In this document: piece by piece, positions 37,776 to 50,150 of the stretch
Layout: the number at the start of each line of letters is the position of its first letter
Position numbering within the stretch: the stretch's first letter is position 1
Assembly: GCA_003427395.1 (NCBI GenBank)
Contig: BFEA01000036.1
Span: forward strand, 1,020,755-1,084,754
DNA length: 64,000 bases
Direction: 5' to 3'
Source: Chara braunii
Lineage: Eukaryota; Plantae; Charophyceae
Notes under the pieces: model-generated
Seen by the model: the letters and a program-made list of their open reading frames with translations, nothing else
Database searches by the model: none
Told to the model about the DNA's origin: nothing
Position numbers and translations under genes: made by a program

Positions 37776-40700
37776 CATTGATTTATTTCGTCACCCTTGT
37801 TTCCAGATATGTTCATTCCGTGTTCGCGTTGTCTGATATGATTTCAAGTTTTAGAGATTGGTGGTAGCATGTTTGAAAATATTTTCGACATTCCAACTCT
37901 TTCGTTTGATCTTCCTTACTTGCTATTATGATCATCATTACATCGTCCACAAAACTCATATTGTGGATAAGATCCTCATCAGCGCACACCATCTGTACTC
38001 GTCGAATGCGCATACCATGTTGGCAATGGGTGGGCTAGAGCCCTTCCCCATTGGTATCCCCATTACTTGGCATAATAATGTTGCTTGTACTTTGAAGTTT
38101 GAAATATGCGTTTTTGATGTCATAGTACAACAGATCCATTAGGCAGTCAATTTTTAATGTTTTCCATCCATAGGTTCCGTTTGCTTTTTCAAAGTTCATG
38201 TACTTTCCTCTCATCTTGTAACAAAAGTGGGTTTTCCATTTTTCTTTCGCCGTTTTCATCATCCATTGCATGATGTTTAAGATATGTGTGTGATCGAGGA
38301 TCGAAAACATATCTTTGACATCGTATATGGGAGCAGATTATCGTAGCCATATCCCCGTATGTTTCTTTTGCTACTTGATTGCATTTCTTCAGTCTAGGTG
38401 GTAGTTGGTTCGTTCCTTTTGGTGAGAAACAAACTTTCAATGCTTGACACATGAAGTTGATAGCTCTTGATAGTACCTTCGATGCTTTTCGAGATGACTC
38501 CTTATATGTCGACACAATTGGTCGGCGTCTGGTGACGTCCTTGTTTTTTTTAATTGTATACGCTTTTTCGTATGATCCCTGTTCATCCCATTCTGCGATT
38601 TTCTTCAGCCCACATCCATGATACGTATTTTTGGCCAATTAAGTGATCTCAGATTCCGTTTGTTGTATAATTTCGTAGTGATTCGATTCCGGAAAGAATT
38701 TTCGGATCTTCTCGTACCAGATTTTACGGCATTCCACAAAAGTTTCTCCAGAATTTATGTCCAATGGTGATAAGATACATTGTGTCAATCTTCTTTTTAC
38801 TTCCCATACTTCTAATATGTGAAGAAAAATCCCCATATCATTATTCTTTTCGATGCAAGTAGAGACATTTATTTTAATTTCTCTTTTATTCCTTATTAGT
38901 CGTGGTATACTTGCAATGGTAGTGATGATTGTCCTTTTAATTTCTTCCTTTCCAATTCTTTCGTTCATATGGGGTACGTTTTTTGCATTCCATAAGAGCT
39001 GATTTTCTATGATTTCACTTAATCTGCAGACAATGTGGTTCTCGATTTTTAGAAGCCGGGATACTGCACAATTACAGTCCGGTGCTTGTGTAAGCACCTG
39101 TCTGTGATTATGTAATATTTCCCCGACTGTCTTTGATTTTTTAAATATCACACGCATCCGAGTTGTCAAATCGTTTGCCAAATTGTTATTACTTATGTTT
39201 TTCAAGATAGACTCGGTTGTTTTGTTTCTCACTTGCTTCAGATTAATGCATGCATTAAATGAAATCTTAAATATCATCCTTCTCTTGATATTGAATGCAA
39301 ACTTTTTCTTTGAAATTCGTGTGAATGTGTCTTTAATTGTTTGTTTTTGCTTCTTTCCGGTAATCGATCCCACCTTTGACAGAAAAATCAGTATATCATC
39401 TAACGATAATTTATACAGTTCCCTCCATCTCCATGGTGCCCTCAAGCAGTTAATCAAAATATTTATACGTTTGTTTGTTTTCGGTCTCGTATGCACCAGT
39501 TGGATCACATAGAAGATACATCCATTTTCGATTCGTTTTCTGCATTTTTTTAGCTGGAACTTTGTGTTGTCAATTTCCGCAATTGTTGATCCGAATGTTC
39601 GTTTAATTACTTTCCATTTTCCATTCCATAGTTTTCCAATTATGTAGTAAATCATTGTTTTCGGTTGAAGTATTGATGTTACCTTCGTAGTGTAACCCGA
39701 TCGAACCGATTTAAACGAAACAGGTATATTCTGATTCACCTCATTGTTTTCATTCTTCTTCCTCTTTCTCTTTCTTCATCTTCGGTTTTTTCGAGTCTTT
39801 CTGCCTTTTCCCCTTGTATTCAAGAATGGATTCAGGCTCCTAATCAGTGTTGCTTTCATCCCTATCACCTTTGATTTCACTCCCGTCCAAATGGGTATCA
39901 TAACATATTTCTCCCAACCAAATTTGTGCAGCCAACTGTATAGTTTCCGCTGTGCTCTTCTATTTGGATTCTTGGCCAAGTTTATGTGTTCAGTCCATTT
40001 CTTGTCGGGCTGTCTTCCTGTCCTTCTCACGTACATATGTCCACACCAAGGTGAAACTCCCTGTACTAACTAGTTGATCAATTTTCGTTGATAGCCTGTG
40101 TATCTGCTCCCACTTCTGTGTCGTGGTGAGGTCGCCTGATGCTGAGATGTCTTCTACCTTCCCGACAGATCTTCGGTGCTCAAAGATGTGTCGGATGAGT
40201 CATACTCATCACTCCCGCTTGATCTTGTACTAAGTCTCTCGTAATCATCCTTACTTGTGTCGCCGCCAGTTTTATTGGACACTCTGATGTTATCTGGATC
40301 TGGCATGATCTGTGTTTCAAGATCAGAATCCCGGTTGAAGTCTCGCCCCTTGTAGGCGATCAATCCAGGAACTTGCCTCAATGCCGAGATCGCTTGCGGC
40401 TTGTCCTTGTACATGATGTCATGCATTTTCCATAAGACCTTCAGGTCCGTGTAGTGAAGACGAAGGAGCTGCATGTCCGTCATCGGTTCGACCCCGAAAT
40501 TAATGCTCTGTTTTGCCTTCGACTTCGCTGCCGACACGTTGCGATTAATCTTCGTTCATCCTCTCTTGGGGTGTGGAGGGATTACGCGTCCCAATCTGCT
40601 TTTGTTCGGTGTGCTTCTGCTTGGCATGCGTCGGCTCGGAATGTCGTGGCTACCATGTACTGAAGTTGGTAGTCCAGCCATTGTTCCCCACATATCCGTT

Positions 40701-41360
40701 CGGATGAACCGTAGACGACATGATCGGAGTGCAGGTACGAGTCGGTTCATTGATCTTCTGCAACACGCCCTTCACAACCGCCATATCATACTTTAATAGC
40801 TTCAGGTTGTTGACCTCCTTCTGCACTTCCGATACCATCCTTTCTACTTTATCTTCCGCCTCTGCATTCTTCTGACCGGTTGTGCTTGGACCAGCTTGAT
40901 TCTGTCCCTCTTGGTTCATCTCTGTCGGCTTCAGTGCTTCATCAATGATGGACTTGAGCGCGTCCGGAGTTAGCTCAGGCTTCTTTGCAGTGTCTTCCTT
41001 GTTCGGAGGAGATGGCTGCTTTTCCCTTGTCTTTCGTGTGAGTTGCTCCAGTGTCTTGAGAACTTTGTCCATCTCCCGACGGAGCTTAAAGATTTATTCC
41101 TTTAGATCCGCCGTAAACCACGCTCGATTTTCTGGTGGGGGGAAATCATTCCGTCTTTATTCCCACAATGGTCTCGAGAACCACCTTGGAGATTCTGACT
41201 CCGCCCTTCTTCTCCGTGACGATGGTGATCTTGACTTATGTCTTCTATCTCTCGAAGTTTTCGATCTCCCCCTTCTTGAGCGCTTCCTCCCTTGAGATCC
41301 GGAAGATGATGATGAGTGTCTGCGCCGCCTCCTGTCCGACGATGATCACGAACACGACAT
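37600..41360 (-). pseudogene. PLE polyprotein: RS-rich/coiled-coil N-terminus, GIY-YIG, CxC, RT; interrupted by stops and frameshifts
   Basis: ATG 41360 is in frame with ORF 41072-40650; ORFs 40537-40154, 40036-39776, 39739-38639 and 38638-38189 share one frame separated only by stops; RT motifs B and C at about 38060 and 37945. Confidence 0.8.
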
Positions 41361-41663
41361 CTTCCTTGAAGCTTGGGAACGTCAGGCAGGTAGTCTTCGT
41401 ACTTGAAATCGATAAAAAACCCCACAGCGTCGTTAATCGTCTTCAGTACACACCAGATAAGTAAAATAGAATCTCCAAAAATCGCAGAGTAATCTCCACG
41501 CTATAGTAATCTCCAACAAATCGCCACTATGATATCATGAAAGAAAAGGGTTACGAATGATGAGAGAGAGATAAAGACAGTGAATGTAAAATGGAAGAGT
41601 GACAGGTCTATACAGTGCCAATCATCGCGGGTACCGCCCGCAAGTTCTAAGCACCGTGCATAG

Positions 41664-42022
41664 AGATAAACACATGCAAATGTAGACAAAACGTTCGAGG
41701 TTTTACTTTCACAGCATACACATGCAAATGTAGACAGAACGTGCGAGGTTTTACTTTCACAGCATACACCTAATGTCCATGGCATGCGACACCAGTCACA
41801 ATTACCCTTCTACCTCACTGCTCAGGTAATCATTTCAGCCACTATCCTTAGTATTTATACCCTTCGTTCCCAGTCCTTCTCCGCCACTTTCCCTATCCTT
41901 GCAGTGTACTCATCATCTATCCTCAGGATCTCCCGCAGTCGCTCTTTGTGTTGTCCTTGTCGTCGTCGATTTCCAACATGCCTTCAATCTGAACCTACTT
42001 TCATCATATCTAGTGATTTTGT
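41664..42022 (-). repeat. 5' pseudo-LTR of the PLE, with internal tandem duplication of about 48 bp
   Basis: Near-identical to 37464-37775; CATGCAAATGTAGACA..ACGT.CGAGGTTTTACTTTCACAGCATACAC occurs twice. Confidence 0.85.
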
Positions 42023-42724
42023 GCGTGCTACTCACGTACTCTCCTCTCTGTCGAAGTTTCGTCTTACTGTGGTACTTGCCTATAACTCCGCTATTTTTTT
42101 ATACTGACTCGAATCTGGCCTTGTTTGTTGTTCTGTTCTTGTTTACTTTCATAGCCGTGGATTTTCCTTCATTTTCAGGTGAGTACTTTTTATTTATTGG
42201 TTCGTTTCCACTACTTTAGGTCTTTCATCTTCTATCTGTTTTGTATGTTTGGAAATGTGAGCGACATTGTTACGTCGTTATATCTGCAGAAATTTCGTGA
42301 TATTCCGGGGTACTTAATCGTGTATGTTTCTTTTTCGTCCCTGAAAAATTATTTTCATTCCGTGCAAAATTATATTTTTGATTTTTGATTTTTGATTTTT
42401 TGATTTGTGATTTTAGCTGTATATTCCGAGTCGTGTGAATTTCTTGACGTATTTTATTCTGGAATTTCAGTTTTATATTCGTCGATTTGGTGCTTCTTGC
42501 TTTTCCAGGTACTCCTGGAATTTTTTTGGACGTCCGCGTCCCTGCAGTTTCGGATGAACGCAAGTATCGCGGCGCGGGTTATTCTCCATGGGTAATCCAT
42601 GAGTCGGAGTTCCCGTCCGAACAGGTTAATCACGGGCGGTAGATCCGCCATCTCGTATGTGTTAGCTACCATTCGATGAAAAGTTTCGATAATCGTCAAG
42701 GTCTTGGTTCTCTCGTAACCCGTT

Positions 42725-44040
42725 ATCGGCGCGAATACCCTTACAAGGGTACCCGCTTTGGTTTTTGTAAATGTCAGAAAATAGGCCTGGGTCGAAATTT
42801 GAGTACACTGCCCGAGTTGCGGTTGTGTTTGGTTCGCGTTGGCTGAATGGTTGACGGGGGGCAAAGTGTGTGTGGGCGCGCAGTTTTGAGGCGCGCGTGA
42901 TAAATTTTTCTTTTGATACTATAGGGTCGGCGTTTCCGTCGATAAAATTTTTGGCTGTGACGAAAACTAGGAAAGGTGTTTCCTTTATTAAACTGATCGT
43001 GGTGCACCTGCGTCCATACGGCATGTGTCATAGGAAGTGGTGTTGCATTGGGCGGTGATTGAAGCATACAAGAGAAAAAAATAGAACGCGAGCAGGGACC
43101 TCCGCGCGGTGGACGCGGGAGGTTGACAGTCGTGGACGGAGCCAGGACCTATGAGCAGCGGGCGTCATAGGTCGACAGTCGTGAGTTTGGTCCGTAGGCG
43201 ATGGAAATTCGAAAAGTAATAACAAGAATAGCGAGCCCAATAGCAGATTCTGCAGCAGCTACAGTTAATACGAATAAAGCAAATAATTGACCCATCATGT
43301 CATCTAGATAAACAGAAAAGACTAAAAAGTTCAAATTGACGGCAAGTAACATTAACTCAATTGACATTAACATAATAAGGATATTCTTTCTATTTAAAAA
43401 GATTCCCCAAATACCGTATTTTGGTAGACCTTCGTGCCGTGCGAAAACAGTTTATATTTAATTCTGCAGTGGTCCGTGTCAGCCTTGGGTACTAGCACTA
43501 TTGGCAACGACATTGGATTTTCAAAGCGACGGTACAGGGATCGAGGGTGATGGCCGGCGGCAATGGAGCACTGGAGTGGTTGGAAATGCCGAGGGGTTGA
43601 GGGCCCGGTGGGGCTATCCCTCTTGGTTTTGTTGTCGGCCCATCCGTAGGCCAGATCGGCGGAACTGAGAGGGGTACGACGACCTCCCTTCCCCAAAGCA
43701 CCGTTTTTTTTTCTTTCTCGGTGTTCGTATCTGTTTTTACTTTTATTTTGTTTTTTTTCTAGTTTCCCGTCCCGTTTGTTGGGACACGGCGCACCAGGCT
43801 GTTTGCCAGGGTCAGCGAGCGTGAGCGGTTGGTACGACCACAAATTGTTTAAACACGAACCGAGAAAGTTCAACGAGTTCATGAGCTAGTGGGTGCCTTG
43901 ACCCACGGGGTAAAAGGAATCCGACTGTCGGGAATCCTCTGCGGGCGCATCTGTCCACCAACCGTAATCTGCTGTGAGAGGTTTGAGTGTGAGCATGCCC
44001 GCTGGGTGCGGCGAGCTGCGGGGCCAAGGAGATTGTGGTC
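42725..44040 (-). repeat. Unclassified repeat with TATA-like box and decayed ORF, copy 1
   Basis: Reverse complement aligns in blocks with 51980-53115; peptide QTQPQLGQCTQISTQAYFLTFTKTKAGTLVRVFAP vs QTQPRLARCTQTLNQTYFLSLAKTRVDTLVRVFEP. Confidence 0.75.
43206..43415 (-). pseudogene. nad4L: NUMT: internal fragment of mitochondrial NADH dehydrogenase subunit 4L
   Basis: AT-rich 210 bp reading [70 protein letters not shown]; both termini missing. Confidence 0.95.
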
Positions 44041-47000
44041 ACCGCTGGAGGGGACCGCAAGAATGTCCTACTCTGTATTTTTATTTTTTTTTGTTTTCGA
44101 GAACTGGTAGAAATTTGTTTACAAGTGTTCTTGCATAATTTTTGGATAGTGCCGTGTGACCGGCACTAAGTGGCCATTGCTGCAGATGACCAGGGTTTGT
44201 CCCACTGGAAAAGGTACAGCAGTATGACCTGAACTACATCCAATACCTTGAGATAATATGTCCCAAAATCTGCATACTTTGCAGACTCTTGGGCCTGCAG
44301 TGTGAGCAGTCCTATTGGGACCCGAAGACAAGAGAATTGTGCATAGGTACAGCGGGGAAGGGCGGTGGCTGCAGCAGCACTGACTGTGTCCAACTGCCCA
44401 TTTAGAACCCCTCTCCTTTCTGCTGTTTAGATACCCTTTGGTTCCAGTTGGGACACGGCCCCTGCGCTGGTACCGGGACCGCTCGTAGGCCCAAGAGCCT
44501 AGCTCAGTGAGTACACTCACGGACTGCTAGAGCACAGGCTGAAGTTTGAAGTCAAAATGCAACCAGATACCAGATACCAGGAAAAAAAAAAAAAAAAAAA
44601 AAAACACTCAGACTTACCTAAGGCCAGAACCTGGCCATGGTATAGGATCGGGGACACCACCCGTTGCCTTTGGTCTGCAGCGAGGAGCTGAGTGTGAGCA
44701 CCACCGTTGGGACCTGCATCGATGCTGCCCCACATAGAGACTCAAGGCCCAAACTCATTTGGTGCACGCATGAACTGTTGGGTCACATATTCAAGTTTGA
44801 AGCCAGACGCTGTCAGAATAGAGAAAGGGCCTACCTAGGTGGGCCACGGCCCCATCGTTTAAGCATTTCACCAAGCCCCATTTTTATTTTTATTTTATTG
44901 TTTTTTTTTTTTTTTTCTCAACCCCTCTCCTTCTTTTTTGGGAGCTGCGCTACAGTTTTCTAGGGCTGAATGGACCTAGTACCTAGGTATGGCCAGATTC
45001 ATTCGAACTAGGGAATAAATAAAAAAGAGAAAGAAATAAAAATGGTAGGGGATGTTTCCTTGAGTGTGGCACGGGTAGACTGGCCAGAAATATCATTCTG
45101 GGCTATAAAAGACAGCGAGGTAGGACATATAGGATTTGCTTTCAATAGAGTGCTCGAGGCTGTTGGACCGGGCGGTATCACCCGGGCATGCTCTGGCTGA
45201 AGGGGGAGGCTCATGGAGTAATGGGCAGCAGGGAAGAAGAAAGGAAAGAGAGGGATGAAGCATCGAAGGAAATAAGATATGGAGGGGAAAAGGGGAAACT
45301 AGTTTGATCTTGCCATTCCTTGATGGATCTTGTCAGATTAAACTGATAACTTGGGATTTTGAGGATAGGCGAACACGAATTTATGGCCAGCTTCAACAAA
45401 GAGTTAGTAGGAGCGAAGTTAGGTAGAAAATTCGGTGCGCGGCGATGGTGAAAGTAGGAAGAAGAGTGGGAGTTAAAAGTGTCTATCTCTCTCGTTCCTC
45501 CATAGAATCAGACAAGAAAAGAAGGTAAGTAGGGTTTTTTGGGGTGGGCGACCCCGAATCCGTGGTCAGATTAGGAGGAAAGTCAGTAGAAGAAGGAGTA
45601 TCCGAAAAAGGGCGTGCGTGGGAAGGTCGAGGAGGAAAGAATGGTGGGAGTAAAAACACGTATCTCGCCCGATTCTCAATAGAATCGAGCGAGGTAACAT
45701 CCTAAACCAGGGTTTTAGATCATTATGAACACGATGGCATGAACGATTTTCGAGGTTAGGATGTAGTTTCGAAGGTATAACCGTTTTGGGCTGCGCCTAA
45801 GAGTACGGGGGATGTACCTGTACATGTTTAAGCGAAAGATTCGTTCGCTTTTTCCCATCCGATCGAGGGTAGTGGCGAGAAAGCCAACTACGGGATTGAA
45901 GACTTACTAGCTGGTCGGCATGGAAGGACAGGGCTGCGCGTAGAACGAGCAACTTCGGAGTGCCGTGTATTCGGCCGCTTTCTATTGCAAGGTTCATTCC
46001 GAGTTTACCCATCCCACGGATGGGCGCAGCCATAGTTTGTCTCCCTGCCCATATGGCTGCAAGGCAGGGACAAATTCTCACCTTCTATCAAGAGTTTCAT
46101 CTAGACCATGTTCCCCCCATCGAAGAGAGAAAGAGAGGGTTGAAGAGGGTGGTAAGAAAGTACGTACCTTGGTTGTGGCGGATGCCTGGTCGACTTTGGC
46201 ACAATTCGATAGTTGCCGTTATTGACGTCGGCTCGCTGTTTCATCGATTGGTAAAAGACAGGGAACGAAGGCCTCGCCTGTTTCGGATGGTGAAGTGACA
46301 AATAGTCAACAACCAGATGCGTATGGGGTGTGAGAAAGACAGGCGCGGGCTTGTACCTGGTTTTGGCGGTGGTCTGCAAGATCGACACCTTCATAGACTT
46401 CGGTCACTTCTGCTGACTGCAACAGACTGCGTTACGGTATAGCAACTGAGTGCGCTGACTGGAATTGGCTGCAGGGCGGAGTATGTATCCTTATTACTAC
46501 TAATGGTTCTGTTGCTGCTGGGTGAGTGGTCAGGCTACTGGTTGTTGCCGTAACTTTACTGTGGAACGTCGCTCTTTCGTTGCTGCCTTTATTTCGCCCG
46601 GAGCGGCACGATGCAGCGTTTCGGTATACCCTGTGGAATACAGAGTTGAGGACTGTGAGTCACGCTCGACTGAAGTACGGGGTATGCCATGTTTGAAGGC
46701 GACCTTCAGGGTGAGTCGGGGGCCTACCGAGGAACATGTACGTGCGAGCGAGAGAAAGGAGAGTGAAACAACTTACCTGGTGGAAACAGGGCAACCAACA
46801 ACAACGAGCATCTCCTTGTTCTTGTGGAAGGGTTGTCTGACTTTTGCACTTGCTGCGGGTGGAGGTAGTGTAAGGATAGTCGCGCGGGAGGAGACTGCCT
46901 GTCGACAGATGGGTTCAAGCGGAGCCCAGCCGTTGGCGTACTTGCCAAGTGATCGGTGCGTTGTGTAGAGGGACGATGACTCTGCCGGTACAGTGGGAGA

Positions 47001-47229
47001 TAAACGAAGTTCTGCGGGCGGCTGCTGCTATGCGGCTGCGCACATGGTGCCTGGAGGGCTGACCGATTCCCTGAGCAGAGAAAGTGAGGGCAGGTTTCTG
47101 GATGGGAGGTCTACCTATTGAACCGTGTGCTGCCCGCTCCATTGGAGTGGTGAAGTAAGTGGACAGGAGCAGGGCAAAAGACTTACCCACTGGCCAGTGT
47201 AGTACTCGAATGTGGATCAAAGTCGTAAC

Positions 47230-47860
47230 AGATCAGTCGTGGCGGTGCAGACTTGGCGACTGCTGGCTGCTGCATACGGCTGATGGTTGCTACGTACTGC
47301 TGCGGGCTGCTGGTAACCGCACGAACTGCTGGCTGCTGCTGGCTGCCACGTACTGTTGAGTGCGTCAGGCTGTGGCAAACGGCTGCAGCTGACTACTGCT
47401 ACGTTGGGGATTGCGTGCGGGCTGCTGTTAACGGTTGCTGCGGACAAGTGCACATACTACTGATTGACCGGTGTTGTGTACCCTGCACAAATTGCTATCT
47501 ACTGTTGACTGTTGTTGCGGCTGGCGACTATTGTTGCTGCTGGCCGCCGCGGTATGCTGCTATTGGGGACGCTGCTGCGCTCTGTTACATGCTACTGTTG
47601 TGGACGAGACACATGCTGCTATTTTTAAGCAACCCCCACCGAGTACTGTCTGATGCATCCAAGCACGAGCTGTTGCTAACGACAACAACTGCTGTTGCTG
47701 TGATCGCTGCTGCAGATTGCTGCCTCGCTGCTGGCCAACGCTGTTCACTGTTGCACGTTGCTGGTGACTGTTGGAGATTGACGCCGTTGCTGCTGGCCGC
47801 TATAGAGTACTACTGCTGCTGGGCATAAGGACCGAGACAAGGTACTGGGCGGCTGCAGTT
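47230..47860. repeat. (GCT)-rich degenerate low-complexity tract
   Basis: Dense GCTGCT/GCTACT/GCTGTT motifs. Confidence 0.7.
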
Positions 47861-48329
47861 GGGCCTAGAGGAGTAGTGGGACTTAGGGAGGGGGCTCGGT
47901 ACTACGAGTTGGAGGCTTGACAGGAGGGAGTACTTCTGCAATTTGGCTCCGCTGACCAAACTGACAGTTGGCCATTATTGCGGGCCCCTCAGGCGACTGA
48001 AGATAACAACGCCCTCTCTCGCGAGTCTTAGTGCACCCCTCTTGGATCTGAGAGCCTCAACCTTCTCTTTCTACCTTTCTCAGTCTAAGTCTAGTCTATT
48101 GGGTACGAGAGGAAGGCGGCAGGCGGGATTGCAACCCGTAGGTCCGCATCAAGACTCTGTGGGGAGTCAGCCCACCGATTGCGGGAGCTCTGCCGGAACC
48201 TAGGCGAGGCTCTGGAGGCAGAGAACTACCAGGTAATCCCTTTCTATTTGTATAACCCACTACACTCATACTTGCATATCCCCTTATGGTTTGATTGGTG
48301 TATGCATGCATGTCCCTATGGTTTCTATT

Positions 48330-50020
48330 TTCTATTCAGGACATAACCAGACCAAGTGAAAGAACGCATGTATGAAGTTAAGTTTCAACTTCTTTGATTG
48401 TTCGAAAGCAGATTGTGGGATTGCATCTGGGGGAAGGGTGGGGGAAAGACAGTTTTGCATGAGATTGACTGGGTCAACCAAAGGCTGGGACAGTTCCATA
48501 AGTTTGGGAAGGCTCAATGTTGTGTTTTATTTTGTATTGCCTGGAGAACCAGACATGTTCTATAAGATTGGGTGGTCTGGTTGCTCTGACTTGTGAGGGT
48601 TGAATGTGATTGCTTTTTCAGGCGCCAGTCAAATCCATAAGTTTGGGTAGTCTGACGGCCTTGTTTATTTGGGGGTTTTGGCAGTTTCTTTGGTTTCTGG
48701 ACGAAGAGGTGAGCATGTCCCATAAGTTTGGGTGACTCTACCTCTTCCAGCTTTGGTCTGAGAGAAATAAATCAGGCTGAGGACCAAGACATGTTCCATA
48801 AGTTTGGGTGGTCTTGGTCCAACGCCTCGCACATGCTGGAACCAGAGGGTTATAACTTTGATATGCTTTACTATTATAATATTTTTGAACATGTTGTTAG
48901 ACAGGGTTCCATAAGTTTGGGTGGTCTGATTATAGCCTATCACCAACTGAAGACAGTATTTAACTAAGAATAAACTTGTGGTACGAAGGGGCAGGCTGAG
49001 TCTTGAGCTGAAGATGATCGACTCAGCTATATGCTACCTCAAAAGACTAAGTACAGACAATTATATAAACCTTGGATACTTAAACAGTTCAGGGCGGCTA
49101 GGGTGGCCTAGTCATATGCCCAAAGAAGAGAAAAGTTGTTGTGCCCTGTGTTTGTGTATACTTCGTGGTTGGGCTAGACATGTTTCGTAAGTCTGGGTGG
49201 TCTAGCCTTATGCCCTATGTAAGTTGGGTATAAGGGTCAAATCATTCAAGGACTACGAACTATTGTTTGCTAAGGTAACTTGGGGATGGTGAGAGAGTGC
49301 ATGTCTGTGGTTTGGCCTGCATGTGACTGAGTGACGCCACTTCTTAGTCTGAGTTTGGATTTGATAGGTAGTTGCTGTAGTTGCTCGTCAAGTGCTAGAG
49401 CCATAGGCGTTAGAGTCAATTTCTATATTTTCTGGGATCTTTTGATTCGTTCTTGGTCTTGTAAAAATCTTGGTAAGCCACTTTCTCTACGGGAAGTGCT
49501 GCCGAAATTTCTACAAGATCAGAGAGTTAGTCAAAGCTTTGGCTTCTTCAGGATCCAGTCTTGATGACTTTTTGACTTAGTAAGAATCTGGGGAACCTTT
49601 TTTTTATAGAGGAAGTGCTGCCAAAATTCCTACTAATTCAGGGAGTTAGCAAAAATTGGGGCCTGTAGGGTCAAAGTCACTTCAGATTCCGAACTTAGCT
49701 TTGTATAAGTCTTGGACTAGCACTTTCTCTACGGGAAGCGCTGCCGAAATTTCTGCAAAGCTAAGGAGTTGGCTGATATTTTGCCTTGACAGGACTTAGA
49801 CTTTATGTCTAAGTTCAAATTATGACTTAGTATAAATCTGGGAAGCCTTCCTGCCTAAGGGAAGTTCTGCCCAAATTTTACTAGGTCAGGGCGTTAGACA
49901 AAATTTTGACTTTCTGGAATCCAAAGGGCCGACTTCTGGGCTAGTATATTTTCTGCAATGACACTTTTCCTATGGGAAGCGCTGCATAAATTTTCCTAAA
50001 TTAGAGGAGTTAGCTTGTCC
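48330..50020. repeat. Array-bearing segment of an unclassified large repeat, copy A
   Basis: About 7 CATAAGTTTGGGTGGTCT motifs, then 5 units of about 122 bp with GGGAAG(T/C)GCTGCC(G/A)AAATTT; collinear with 55600-56895. Confidence 0.8.
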
Positions 50021-50031
50021 TCGGGTAGGCT

Positions 50032-50150
50032 CTATCCTGTCGTAGGGGCTCGCGAGAGGTATGGCTGGCGCACTCGGTCGGAGTGGCTTGCGGAAGCTTC
50101 ATATGTATTTGTGACGAGGATCAGACCAACTCCTGCGTGACGCGGCCGAA
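50032..50150 (-). repeat. Family X, partial copy 2
   Basis: CTATCCTGTCGTAGGGGCTCGCGAGAGGTATGGCTGGCGCACTCGGTCGGAGTGGC matches the reverse complement of 36045-36102. Confidence 0.8.

Larger units (their letters stand above)
37464..42022 (-). mobile_element. Penelope-like retroelement with N-terminal GIY-YIG endonuclease (Chlamys/Naiad-type), decayed
   Basis: Direct pseudo-LTRs of about 310 bp (37464-37775, 41664-42022); minus-strand order GIY-YIG (VSPWCGHMYV..T.R...W.EH), CxC linker (ILHNHR...DCNC), RT (RPIVS, YDVKDMF, GIPMGKGSSP, FVDD); abuts a microsatellite. Confidence 0.88.

Noticed and set aside
39776-41360. In-frame TGA codons as selenocysteine, as in some Naiad PLEs
   Set aside because: They fall in Arg-rich contexts consistent with CGA-to-TGA decay and co-occur with TAA/TAG stops and frameshifts
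43149-43373. Functional nuclear-encoded nad4L
   Set aside because: Lacks both termini and any targeting peptide; embedded in a repeat
47253-47828. Cys/Ala-rich 191-aa ORF
   Set aside because: Arises from a GCT-rich simple repeat; every frame gives biased peptides
48497-49200. Spaced short repeats (also 55620-56310) resembling a CRISPR array
   Set aside because: Repeats are degenerate, spacing is irregular, spacers align between the two arrays, there are no cas genes and the context is eukaryotic
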